DNA of 64,000 nt, from the NCBI GenBank assembly GCA_951406725.2, contig OX597823.1, positions 59,644,001 through 59,708,000 of the forward strand, written 5' to 3'. Under the pieces are notes generated by a model. That model ran no database searches, was not told where the DNA came from, and worked only from the letters and a program-made list of their open reading frames with translations. The DNA is from Octopus vulgaris. Taxonomy: Eukaryota. This document shows positions 28,173-40,759 of the stretch, piece after piece. Position 1 is the stretch's first letter. Each line of letters starts with the position of its first letter. The position numbers and the translations under genes were made by a program.

Positions 28173-29618
28173 ATTATCATTGTTATATCTGAGCTAAATA
28201 GGGAGTTTCTTTGAGGTCAATTAACCTACTAGAAATAGCAAACAAGTTTCCTTGAAATCAAACCTGCCATCCATAAATAAGAAAGGAATCCATTAGATAA
28301 TGTAGGTCAACACAGAGAAAATCTGTGACTCAATAGTTAGGTTGTAGGAATCCCGATCATAGGATCACAGATTCAATTCTTAGGCCTGGCAGCATGTTGT
28401 GTTCTTGGACAAGACTCTTCATTTCCTTGCAAAAGCAGGATTTTCATGGCCTTTGATGGCAATGGCACACTAGTTTTGATGAGTCCTACATACCACTAGA
28501 ATGATGGGAGAATGATGGTACGAATGTATCTGATCACAAGTCTGTCTTATCAGAGTTGACCTAGGGTTAAAAATTCCTTGACAACAACAATAATATTACG
28601 TGTGTTATACTACTTTTACAAGGAACGTATCAAGCAATAAAATCACCATCATTTCAACTGCATACTTCAAATGCATCAGCTGCTGCTTGCGGTACAGATA
28701 TTTTAGTTGTAATAGTTGTAGCTAAACTGAACTAATTCCTTACAAAAGCCCTTATATCAAAAGGTGATGCCTTTATCTCACTTAACTCAATAAATTCCCA
28801 TGTAATGGATTAAATTTCTAAGCAACGAGTTACAGATTAAAAAACAAAAAAAAAAAACAGTCATTATATTGCTATGCAGGTTAAAAAAAATTCTTTTTAA
28901 AGTGTCAATATTTATTTTAAAACAACAAAATTTTTACTACTACTACTACTACTACTGCTAATAATAATAATAATAATAATAATGGTATTTATTGTATTTT
29001 TTTATTTTCCTACATGTGTTTATTTATTTTTTTTCTAGAGTTATTAAATAATTTAAACGATTCCCACGATTCTCTCTGTTTAATGATTCAAGGTTAATGG
29101 CTTAAATTAAAAAGGACATGGTAATTACTGCATGATCTGTTTAATAGAGCATGCAGTAATTTGCTAATGCTTCATTTGAGTACAACTTCAGCGATTTTTT
29201 TTTATACTCATCATCTGTGTTTTGGCTCAGGTGAATGAACAGGGTTATAATAAATTTATAACAAAAAAAAACAAAAAAACATTTAAATGAATAATGCAAG
29301 CAAAGAAGAGAAAAGAAAAGAAAAAACAAACAAGAATAAGGAAAATAATTAAATGTAATTTCTAGTTTCATGCCAATTTTTAATGCTTTCTCCGTAGACA
29401 TTTTAAATTTACAGCATATGTTACAGAGTGGTACTAATTTCTCAGAGAAATTTAATGCTTTTAATTAAAGGAACAGGATTAATCAACCACACATATATCT
29501 ATTATATATACATACACATGCACACACACGCACACACACACACACATATAAATAAATATATATATATATATATATATATAGGTGCCTAAGTATATACATG
29601 TATAAATGTATTTACATA

Positions 29619-29675
<57 letters not shown>

Positions 29676-30117
29676 TACACACACATACATGCACACATGC
29701 ACATGCACACACACACACACACATACAGGAATACCCTACATTATGGGAGAAATGCATCCTGTAAAACTTGCCATGACTGAAAATATTGCAACACAAAATT
29801 AATTTTCGGATTTATTTTCCCTATTATAATAATGCATTCTGACAGATATTTAAAAAAAAGAAATGAACAACAAGAACAAGCAACACAATCGCTTTTATGC
29901 ATGAAAATAAAAATTTCAAGACATTCACAGTACATAAATGTGCATATATGAAGACATTTGAAGAGAAATACATTATAGAATAAATAAGAAACATAATATC
30001 GTGCCTGGGCACAAACTTCTCACAAAAGATGTGCACTACAGTCTGAGAGGTGGTGATGGTGGCAGCAGTGACAGTGGTGGTGGTGGTGATGGTGGTAGTG
30101 GTGGTGGTGGTGGTGAG

Positions 30118-30646
30118 ATAGACAAGATTGATAAAAACCAAGTAGGTTCCCGATGTAGGTTATGGAAATCAAAAGAGAAAAACATTACTCATAGAGTATG
30201 TGAATGTAGAATGCTGGCGCAGAAAGTATACAAGAAAAGACATGACAACCTAGAGAGAGTAACCCACTGGGAGTTATGTAGAAAGCTAGGATTTGAACAT
30301 ACTGATAAATGGTACGAACATGAACCTAGTAAAGTACTAGAATGTAAGAAATAGAAGTTATTGTGGGACTTTAACATTCAGACCGATAGAGTAATAGAAG
30401 CTAGAAGGCCTAATTTAGTAGTAGTAGATAAAGAGAATAGAAAGTGCCAGATGATTGACTTTACAGTCCCAAATGATGAAAAAAAATCAATATGAGAGGT
30501 ATAAAATAATAGCAAAGTACCAGGACCTAGCCATTGAATTGCAGAGACCATGGAAAGTGCAGGTAAAATGTATCCCAGGAGTTATAGGTGCAATGGAAAC
30601 TATAGCTAAAGATTTGAACAGATGGTTACAGGAAATAGGTTTTTAA
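30118..30646 (+). mobile_element. R4/Dong-clade non-LTR retrotransposon fragment (zinc knuckle plus RLE endonuclease)
   Basis: CRL..ITHRVCECRMLAQKVYKKRHD..HWELCRKLG..WYEHEP..KLLWDFNIQTDRVIEARRPNLVVVDK..IDFTVPND..KYQDLAIELQRPW..IPGVIGA. Confidence 0.9.
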
Positions 30647-30647
30647 C

Positions 30648-30797
30648 CTCTTGATATGAGATCACCATGTCGTGCACATATGGTTGTGATGCATGTGACT
30701 GGTGTACCCTTATCAGACGGGTAGTCATGATGGGTATTCTGGGCTTTGTATATTTACCTCAGTATCACTTTGATGGCATGCTCTGCTCTCTAACTCA
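30648..30797 (+). mobile_element. Family G element, 3' 150 bp, with (TAA)n tail
   Basis: Matches ~11720-11870. Confidence 0.85.
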
Positions 30798-30808
30798 ATA
30801 ATAATAAC

Positions 30809-30851
<43 letters not shown>

Positions 30852-31011
30852 TACTACCCATGTATTTTAATTTAACTTAAAAAAAAAAAATGAACGAACT
30901 ATTGAGTTTAGTTTAATGGCCTACCAATGTATACTATGAGTTTCTTTGCCCTAGGAGTCGGGAAGACACTCGGCAAGAAATGGACGCAAATTTGAAAGAG
31001 GAAAAAAAAAA

Positions 31012-31054
<43 letters not shown>

Positions 31055-31642
31055 TAATCTGTATTTATGCTCTTGAAGAAGCATAATCATCACAATATCT
31101 CACATCTTCATAACTTTGAAGTTCTATATATAAAAAAATTCAATTCTTTCAAAACCTAATGAATTTTTTGAGATCCTTATACCTCACATGATCCACGGAA
31201 TCAGAGATGTAGATGAACATCTATGACTAGTGTATTGCAGCTTAACAGAATTTACTCCTTTCTCAGGAATATCAACTGGATAGATTTATTTCAACATACT
31301 TGTTAATTTCATTGTTTTCTTTATTCTTGTAGTTGTTCTTGACTTGTAGATCCAGTTTTAGATCAGAACAGCTCCAATTGAATTCTAATGTCTTGGACAC
31401 TGATACAATGTGATGCAAACTTTCCACTTAATGTCTGACATTTTGTTTACTTAGATGTCATCACCAAAGCTTAATTCTAGCTTCTATACCATTTAACGAT
31501 TAGTAATCGACAATTCTACTTAATCATTTATTATTTTTTTTTCATTGTAACATGAATATATTCTGGAATATTTATATAAAAAGCATTGGATAATAGCTAT
31601 TTCTTCTTTTATTAATAATTCTTATGTATTATTATATATGAG

Positions 31643-31903
31643 AGTGGAGGCGTGTGGCTTAGTGGTTAGGGTGTCAGCATCATGATTGTAAGATTATGGT
31701 TTCGATTCCTGGACCGGGCGACGCGTTGTGTTCTTGAGCAAAACATTTCATTTCATGTTGCTCCAGTTCTCTCAACTGGCAAAAATGGGTAATGCTGCAA
31801 TGGACTGGTGTCCCATCCAGCTGGGGAACACATACGCCATTGAAACTGGGATCCCGGGTTCATGAGCCTGGGTAGGCTTTAAAAAGGGTGCATTTATTTT
31901 TTT
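31643..31903 (+). mobile_element. SINE family D with a 14-bp TSD, inserted at the left end of a mariner MITE
   Basis: TSD TTATTATATATGAG at 31629-31642 and 31904-31917. Confidence 0.88.
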
Positions 31904-31913
31904 TTATTATATA

Positions 31914-32135
31914 TGAGGGGTTGCTGAGAAGTTCCTGGCTTTAAGAGTATCACAAAGGCCTGGTCGAAGGCCCAACTTTCAGAGTTCTTTTACCAGGCTT
32001 ATTAAAACTGAAGGACAACTGCAATAAGTGTTTGATTCTGGGAAGGGAATTTGTTGAATAATATCATAATATCATAATCAACTGATTCTCTAGTATTTTC
32101 TTTTACTCAAAGCCAAAAACTCTTCAGAACCCCCA
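31914..32135 (+). mobile_element. Internally deleted mariner element (MITE)
   Basis: TIRs GAGGGGTTGCTGAGAAGTTCCTGGCTTT / AAAGCCAAAAACTCTTCAGAACCCCC; internal LPGLLKLKDNCNKCLILGREFVE* resembles the mariner transposase C-terminus. Confidence 0.7.
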
Positions 32136-34746
32136 CCCACCCATTGTACTTAGCGTATACTATTATATTCATGATTTGTTTATGAATAAATTGAGTATTG
32201 ATTCCTGTACCAACTGTAATTAAACTTGATATATCTCTGGGAGTGTAGATCAATTTTGGTTTATTATTATTAAGTATATATTTTATTTTTGTAATTGGCA
32301 GAAGTTACAAAATGACTCAAAGGCCAAAAGTTTCATACATAACACTTATAAAAGTTTCATATAAGCCAAATATAAATTATAAAATGGATGCATATATTCT
32401 TGTTCTGAATTTAATCTATTCTGTTTAACTAGCAGTTATATTTACAGAACATTTCTAAGCTACAGCTAACTTACATTTCTCCAAGAAGTATAACAGCTAA
32501 AGAAACATTCATCAGTTTTAGAGCACAATGAACAATAATAACGATTGTAAACTAACAGAGTGGTTAGAGACATTAGGTAGAATGTCTTGCAGTATTTGTT
32601 CTGGATCACTGTGTTGTGAGTTCAAATCCAGCCAAAGTAAACCTTTACTTTTCATTTTTTTAGGATCCAGGATGGTGGATTGGTTTAACTCTTTGAGCAT
32701 TGGATGGGATAACTAGCTGTATCTTTTCAAACTCTTTGCAATGACACTGCTACCTAACTATATTGGTCTTTCAGTTCCACTGGACATCGTTGGTTGAACA
32801 TAGAGAAGGGACTTGCATGTACAAGTAACTGTTGATATTTCCACACATGTACACAAGATATAAACAAAAAACTTGCTTAGGTTTGTACCATGGAAAAATG
32901 CTTCAATTCTCATAATATTTTGTTTAGATATAGCAAGTAACAATATTTTGTCAATCCAAGGGAAAGTAGAGAGAGGAAGGATGACGGCATGAATTAGAAG
33001 ATTCTAGACTAGAATCTTCTAAGGATCCAATAGCACAATATGCAGGTCATATAAACTTTATTTTTAATGTCAGCACTCAAATTTAGGTTGTTGATAATTA
33101 CACCAAAGTCACTGATATCCCAGGGACAGAAATCCATTATCAACCATAAACAAAGGCGGCCCTATGTAGAGCTAGAACACCATGAGGGACCTACTTACAT
33201 CTACCAAGTTTATTTGCATTTTTACAGTGTCAGCATCAGACACAGTAAAATTTCAATACTCACAAGATATGAGCTACTGATTCCTCACCCTGTTGTCTGT
33301 TTACACCCCCACTGACTCAACTTCTGCTGCTCCAGTGTTTTATAGCTAATTAAGAAATCAATAAATAGCCTGAAAATAGGACTTTGTCAGAGCTGTTAAG
33401 TTGACTTGTTCTATCTGTCTGCTAATATTTGTCATTGCTAACCTAAACATAATTGAAAATAAACTCACTCATGAATTGTCATCTGCAGAAGACTTGTAGA
33501 AATTACTTTCAAAACATTAGTTACCATTATTGCTCTCAAAGTGCTTATAATATTTTTCTTTTACATTTTAACACCAATTTAATACATTTTAGGAATATTC
33601 TAACATGATAGCTTTTTTTATGTAGTTTTATTGTAAACTCATAATGTATAACGCCAAATGTATAAACGATTTTTCTATTACATTTCATTTTAACTCTTTA
33701 TGTCTATGAGTCATTATCAACTATTAAAACATTAGTTCACCAATAATGCAATATGTGTGTGATATACATATATGTGTATACACTCACATGTATATAATTT
33801 GTATAGTATATATACACACATGTATCTAATTTATATAAAATATATATATATATATACATATATACACACATTTGTATATAAATATTCACATATTCCCATG
33901 TTTATATATATATTTATATATGCATGTATGTGTACATATATATATATAATGTACATACATATAAACATATACACAAACACACATATATATATATAAATAT
34001 GCAAACACAAATGTATATGTACATATACATATATATTCATATGTATATACATATATATTTATATATACATATACATATGCATATGTATATATGCATGCAC
34101 AAATACACACACAAATATATACACATGTCTATATATATGTATATATATATATGTACATATATGCATATATACATAAATATACTCACACTCACACACACAT
34201 ATATGCAGATATATCGATACATTTGCATATGTGTATGTATGTGTGTAAGTAAGTATGTATTAAAAAAAATACAGCACTTTTTTTAAATCACAAATTTTAT
34301 GAAATAAACTAATAGCATTCTGCCAATCCTAGTAGCAAATAAATTATATTTTGTTTTCAATCTATTAGAGGTAGCCTAACATTTTGTTTTTTAGCTTTTT
34401 TTTATTATTTAACAGATTTTTCACTTAACTCATTGCTTGTGGCTTAAATTAACATTTTAACTATTGGTTATTTTAATTCATTAGCTGCAACTAATCTGTC
34501 TGATAAGTGGTGCCTGTTCTTACATAGGACCCATCATCTCCATCCCCCAATTTTTCCTCCTTATATATTAGCAGACAATACTTTTACTTCCTCTAGCTTG
34601 GAGTTTCTGAACTCCATCCTCTCAGTTCACCTAGTAACTCTGCTCTTCTTCAGAATTCTGAAATTACCTACAGATATTTGATAATCCATCTGTCTACATC
34701 GAGGACAACTGTCTGAATTCTCTATGGAGTCATCATACTTGGTTGT

Positions 34747-34990
34747 GGAGGCACTTGGCTTAATGGTTAAGGTGTTGGATTCATAATCCTAAGATTGTTG
34801 TTTCAGTTCCTGTACTGGGTAACACATTATGCTCTGCAAGCAAAGCAATATATTTCACATTGCTCCAGTCCAATCAGCTGGCAAACACAAATAATCCTGT
34901 GATGGACTAGTGTCACATCCAGTGAGAGAAGATATGGGCCACAGAAACCAGGAAACCAGCCCTACATGTCTATATGATTAGGGAAGGACC
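34747..34990 (+). mobile_element. SINE family D, degenerate
   Basis: Diverged match to 31643-31903. Confidence 0.7.
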
Positions 34991-35348
34991 TTTATCATAT
35001 CCATTATACATGGTTAAATTAATGCAGTAGCTGCCAACCTTTTGTAGATCAGTACCTTTCCGTCTCCCTAACTGGCATTTTATAAATATCATTCCCCCTC
35101 CATACCTGCAACCCTACATGATTGGGAACCAAATTTCTTAATCATTCAGTCATCTCTGCACTTACACATATTCCGTATCTTTTATTACTTACTTCTTTCA
35201 GTCAGTGTACTGTGGCCATGCTGGGGCACTGCCTTGAAGGGCTTAGTAAAAAAAATTGATCCCAGTACTTATTTTTAAGCCGGATACATATTCTATCAAT
35301 CGTGCACGTGCACACACACACACACACACACATATATACATACATATA

Positions 35349-35872
35349 CAGGGTGTTTGGACTAAATTTGACAGGTTGCATAAGAGGAAAGGAAAACAAT
35401 ATCCCATCCAAATGTAAAAGTATTTAAAAATATTGAAAAATATCACCTAGATTATGGCTGGGAGATAACAGATTACTCAAAGTAGCCACCGTCAGCATCC
35501 AGTATAGCCTCAAGATGACTCCAGAACCTGCCTTCCTCACTATGTACCTAGGAAGAACCTTGAACACCTCCTTGATCCTGAGCGCCAACTCAGCCTTGAT
35601 GTTGTAGGCAGAGTAGTTGGTGTCTTTCTTAACCATGCCCCACACACGGAAATCCATGAGATAACAATCAGAGGGATTGAGAGGCTAGGGATTTGGGCAG
35701 GTGAAGTCATAGAAATTCTCCAACAAATACTTCTGACCCTTTCCAGAAGTATGCCAAAAAGCCTAATCCTTCTACCTCACATGTGGCCTTTCAGCTGCAA
35801 CCATCTCCAACCAGAGATAAACTACAGCCTCCAGCAACTTCACATGGCCATTTGAATTGAGTCTGAGGCTCT
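35349..35872 (-). mobile_element. Tc1/mariner (DD37D maT-like) transposase C-terminal fragment with one TIR
   Basis: TA|CAGGGTGT terminus; RPHVR*KD*AFWHTSGKGQKYLLENFYDFT..PLNPSDCYLMDFRVWGMVKKDTN resembles QQDSAPxH..WPPxSPDxNPxDY. Confidence 0.8.
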
Positions 35873-36093
35873 AATCATAAGTTGTTGGATGAATTCTAAT
35901 GTGTGGACACAGTCAGAACACCTGTCAAGACTTAGTGGTTTGGTAAAAGAGACTGACTAAATAAATACCCAGCATAAATTTTTTTTTAAATAAGTACTGG
36001 GGTTAATTCATTGGTCTAAAACATTTTCAAGGTGGTACTGCTGAATGGACACAATTTGATGACTGAAAAAAATGAAAGATAAAAGATATATAT

Positions 36094-36495
36094 AGGTGCA
36101 GAAGTGGCTGTGTGGTTAGAAGATTGCTTCCCAACCATATAGTTCCAGGTTCGGTCTCACTGCATGGCACCTTGGGCAAGTGTCTTCTACTATAGCCTTG
36201 GGTCAACCAAGGCCTTGCTAGTGGATTTGGTAGAAGGAAACTGAAAGAAGCCTGCTGTATAGGTATATGTATATACCTGCTGTGTGTGTGTCTATGTCTG
36301 TTTGTCCCCCACTGCTGCTTAACAACAGGTGCTAGTGTGTTTATATCCCCGTAACTTAGAGGTTCAGCAAAAGAGACTGATAGAATAAGTACCAGGCTTA
36401 AAATAAAATTCCTGGGGTTGATTTGTTTGACTAAAACACTTCAAGACGGTGCCTCTGCATAGCCACAGTCAAACGATTGAAACAAGTAAAAAAAG
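36094..36495 (+). mobile_element. SINE family A
   Basis: Full-length match; a further 3' fragment lies at ~35925-36085. Confidence 0.88.
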
Positions 36496-37024
36496 TAAAT
36501 AAAAAATAAAATATATATGTAAGTATGTATGTATGTATGTATGTATGTATGTATATATATACGTATGTATGTATACATATTCATATTTACAATTCTCAAG
36601 ATATCAACTGCTGTCATTTATTTCACTGCATGTTTAATGAGAAGAAATGCCATATTTTAATAATCTTGAATGTTTGAAATTCTGTGTTATAAAGCAAAGT
36701 AAGACTTTTGACTTTAGTAATTAAACTGTCATCCAAAAGAAGCTTGGGTGACATTTGATGTCAGTCTATATCAAATGTTCTTTTCTTATTTATGCTGACA
36801 GAATTAGTAAAAAAATATGAAAGTGAATGATTTCCTAGTGTAAAGTATAGCACTAAATTAGAAACTGTTTCGTTTTTTCATATATATATATATATATATA
36901 TATTTTTTTTCTTTTTCACATTTTGTTAACTGGATATTTATAATGCAAAAATCACTGACATAAGCAAGTAGTAAAGTAGTGTATTTTTAAAACCAAATCA
37001 CCACAATGCATATATTATACATGA

Positions 37025-37087
<63 letters not shown>

Positions 37088-37104
37088 ATGAGTGTGTGTA
37101 TTTA

Positions 37105-37301
37105 TTCTTTTATTTGTTTCAGTCATTTCACTGTGGCCATGCTGGAGTACCACCTTTAGTCGAGCAAATCGACCCCAGGACTTATTCTTTCTAAGCTTAG
37201 TACTTTTTCTATCGGTTCTTTTTGCTGAACTGCAGCATCAGTCATCAAGCCATGCTGGGGAGACAAACACAGATACACAAACATATACACATATATATAT
37301 C

Positions 37302-37351
<50 letters not shown>

Positions 37352-37513
37352 GACGGGCTTCTTTCAGTTTCTGTCTACCAAATCCACTCACAAGGCTTTG
37401 GTCAGCCCGAGGCTATAGTAGAAGACACTTGCCCAAGGTGCAGCACAGTCAGACTAAACCCAGAACCATGTGGTTGGTAAGCAAGTTACTTATCACACAG
37501 CCACTCCTGTGCC
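37105..37513 (-). mobile_element. SINE family A (internal deletion)
   Basis: Reverse complement match. Confidence 0.88.
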
Positions 37514-37547
37514 TATGTATGTATGTTTATATATATATTAATATATC

Positions 37548-38480
37548 ATTATCATCATTCTTTTATGTCCATTTTCCATGCTGGCATGGGTTGAAAACTG
37601 GTAAACTGAGGAGTTGCATCGGGTCCCAGTCTTATTTGGCATGGTTTCAATGGCTGAATGCCCTTCCTAATACCAACCTCTCCAAGAGAGTAGTGGGTGC
37701 TTTTTACATGCCACCAGCATGGGTGCCAGTTATGTAACACCAGCATCAGCCACAACTATGCACAGTGTATCACAAACGATGTCAGTCACTTGCCACTGCC
37801 TCTGTGAGGCCCAACATTCAAAGGGTGCTTTCACATGCCACCAACAACCGTGTTTGTTCATTCTCGAGCAATGTCTGGCTCATAAGGGCCAGTTTCCTGG
37901 TTTCCTTGGCGTATAGGTTCCCCACCTGGATGGGACGCCGGTCTGGCGCAGGTGAGCTGCAAGATGCAGGAGGAAAGAGTGAGAGTAAGTTGTGGCGAAA
38001 GAGTCAGCAGAAGTTCGTCATTATCTTCTGCTGGAGCCACATGGAGCTTAGGTGTTTCGCTCATTAACACACACATCACCCGGTCTGAGATTCGAACCCA
38101 CGATCCCTCGACCATGAGTCCACTGCTCTAACCACTAGGCCATGTGCCTCCATGGCATCAACCATGACTATGATCTCACTTGGCTTGACAGGTCTTGTCA
38201 AGCACAGTATATTGCCAAAGGTTTCTGTCAAGCACAGTATATTGCCAAAAGCTTCTGTGAGGGCCAACATTCAAAGGGTACCTTTTATGTGCCACCAGCA
38301 TGGGTACCATTTACATAACACTGACATCGTTTATGACAACGATTTCACTTGGCTTGACAGGTCTTCTCAAGCATGGCATACCACCTAATGTTTGAAGTGT
38401 GCTTTTTACGTGCCACTAGCATGGGTGCCTGTTATGCAACACTGGCAGTGGCCATGACTACGATATCACTTGGCTTAACG
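37548..38480 (-). mobile_element. RTE-related non-autonomous element with internal tandem subunits, interrupted by SINE C
   Basis: Shares tail with 25712-25920; GCCACCAGCATGGGT..TAACAC..CACTTGGCTT units recur near 37710, 38290 and 38410. Confidence 0.65.
37852..38151 (-). mobile_element. SINE family C (tail variant 3)
   Basis: Head GGAGGCACATGGCCTAGTGGTTAGAGCAGTGGACTC..GGTTCGAATC. Confidence 0.85.
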
Positions 38481-38867
38481 TGATATCAAAGTAAAGATAT
38501 AGCTATATTACACTAAAACTCAAAAAGTTTTCTGCTTTTCTGTCATTTGATTAAGATGATAAAGACTACAAATAAATTTCCCTCTTTAAGAAAAAAGAAA
38601 ATGAAAATGTCGACACTTCAAAGAGTTGTCGTAGCTACCGCGATCTGTCCCTTTTCATTACTTTCTTTTTTCTTCTCTTAATTATTTGTACAATTTTCAA
38701 GTGATAGAAATTCTCCCTATATTTTTATGAGATATTTTTTTGAATCATGGGTACTTGATTATTTTTTTCTTTTAAAGGGGAAAATTATCAATTTATTTAA
38801 AATAAAATATTAATCGAAATAGTATTATTTCTAAATCTCTATGAGAGAGACATACATGTAACATTTC

Positions 38868-39031
38868 TTTAAAGTTAAATTTAATTGCCAACATAATATG
38901 GCTGTCCTGGAAGGGACGTTGTTACTGTTTATTAGCCATAAGAAACATCGATGTTTCTTGTGGCTAATAAACAGTAACAACGTCCCTCCCAGGACAGCCA
39001 TATTATGTTGGCAATTAAATTTAACTTTAAA
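38868..39031. repeat. 164-bp near-perfect palindrome with no spacer
   Basis: 82-bp arms centred on GAAACATCGATGTTTC; two mismatches seen. Confidence 0.95.
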
Positions 39032-39111
39032 ATATTCATCTTTATCCTCTTAGTCAAAAAGCAGAAAAATAGACAGTGTGACTATCTCTTTATTGACAAA
39101 GATGAGTTGCA

Positions 39112-39318
39112 ATGGGAAGAGTTGAATCTGATAAACATGGAAAAACAAACAACAGCAAATGGGTTGTGCCTTATAATGAAGTACTTTTAAAAGCATGCAA
39201 ATGCCACAGCAACGTTGAAGTCATTGCCTCAGTGAGGTCAGTTGAGTACATCATCAAGTACATGCCGAAAGGAAATGACCAAGCTGCTGTTCAAATAAAT
39301 AATGATAAAAAAAATTAG
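39112..39318 (+). mobile_element. Helitron Rep (HUH endonuclease) fragment, motif 3
   Basis: NSKWVVPYNEVLLKACKCHSNVEVIASVRSVEYIIKYMPKGNDQA matches Helitron NxWVVPYNxxLLxxxxCHINVE...KYxxKYxxKGxD. Confidence 0.85.
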
Positions 39319-39826
39319 TCCATGTCACGTCATACAGCATTTAAAATATTCTCAGAGCATTGAACAGCAGTAATGAGGTCAGCATTTTGATATCAGGTGT
39401 AAAATCATCAGATAGCTGTTTCCCAATATTCCAGGCCTCCATGTCAGCTAACTTTTTCTCAACTACAGCCTTAATCCTTAGACTCTCCAACACTAATACA
39501 TCAAACTGTTCCTAAAAAGGAGATATAAAACACCTTGTACACACGCATACACACACACACACACACAATTGTTTTCTGTTCTTCAGTATAGCTTCTACCA
39601 AATTTCGCTTAACAGATACTGATCAAGATTAGGATATAGTTGAAGAGAGATCAGTGCATAGGATACAACACAAGAAGACCAAACCCAGAAACTTATAGTT
39701 GTGAAGCTACTTTTTTACCCAACAGCTACATCTATATCTTCCTCTCTCTCTCTCTCTCCATATATATACACACACATTTACATACAAACACACACACACA
39801 TATGTATATATACTTATACATATGTA

Positions 39827-39860
<34 letters not shown>

Positions 39861-39864
<4 letters not shown>

Positions 39865-39877
39865 CTACAAATCAAGT

Positions 39878-39914
<37 letters not shown>

Positions 39915-40140
39915 TATATAGAAGGAGCTTCTACAGGACTAGTACTGTTTCATTCAAGAGAAATCTTCCTGAAGATTTCTCTTGAATGAAACAGTACTAG
40001 TCCTGTAGAAGCTCCTTCTATATAATAAATTAATTTTACTCTGCTATGTATTGAGTACCTTATTACTGTGGTTAACCCCGAATCAACCCGGGAACTACAT
40101 ATATATATATATATATATATTTAACTTGATTTGTAGCAAA
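39861..40140. repeat. Nested inverted repeats: perfect 60-bp-arm hairpin (39909-40030) inside an outer IR
   Basis: Outer TTTGCTACAAATCAAGTTAA(AT)n / (AT)nTTAACTTGATTTGTAGCAAA; inner arms separated by a 2-nt loop. Confidence 0.95.
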
Positions 40141-40759
40141 TAAACCATTGGCCACAGTTCTACTTTGTTGCATATTAGTCCAGTTAATGAAATTTACTAT
40201 TCAAACTAACTGCTTTATTAAATTTAATTGCAATCAGCAAGAAATAAATCAAGTTCATAATAAATGAAAATTGTAACTGTAATTATATTTTAAATTTAAT
40301 AACCAGAAATTTTTTTTGTCATTTTCTGCACCTCTTAAAACAGGTTCAATGCTGAGTATAATGTTTAATATTTGCACTTTGAATGTGAGAACATCCTCCA
40401 CAAAAGTAAATGAGGTTACTGTCTCTTTTCGTTAATAAGAACAAATAACATCTTATTAATGAGATAAGAACTAAAGGTAATAAATATTTTGTGAAAGTAG
40501 GAAGACATGTAAAGTGAACGGTGCTAATTTTGACAAGAATTAGTTGATTGCACTGCATGCTGCGATTCTACAGATGTAAATGTTGTGCTAAATTAGATGA
40601 TAGGAAATAATAATGAATGAAATTAATGAGAGATAGTCTCTAAATAGTTCTTTGACATGCTAGAAATAGCATCCAAATATCCCTGAAACCACTTCCTATT
40701 TTCAGAAAGCAAAAAGAACATATTGAATGATGTGATTTCACATATTGGTTTCAAATTTT

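Noticed and set aside
35025-35130. Possible hAT MITE (CAGTAGCTGCCAACC...GATTGGGAACC)
   Set aside because: TIRs are degenerate and no TSD was found
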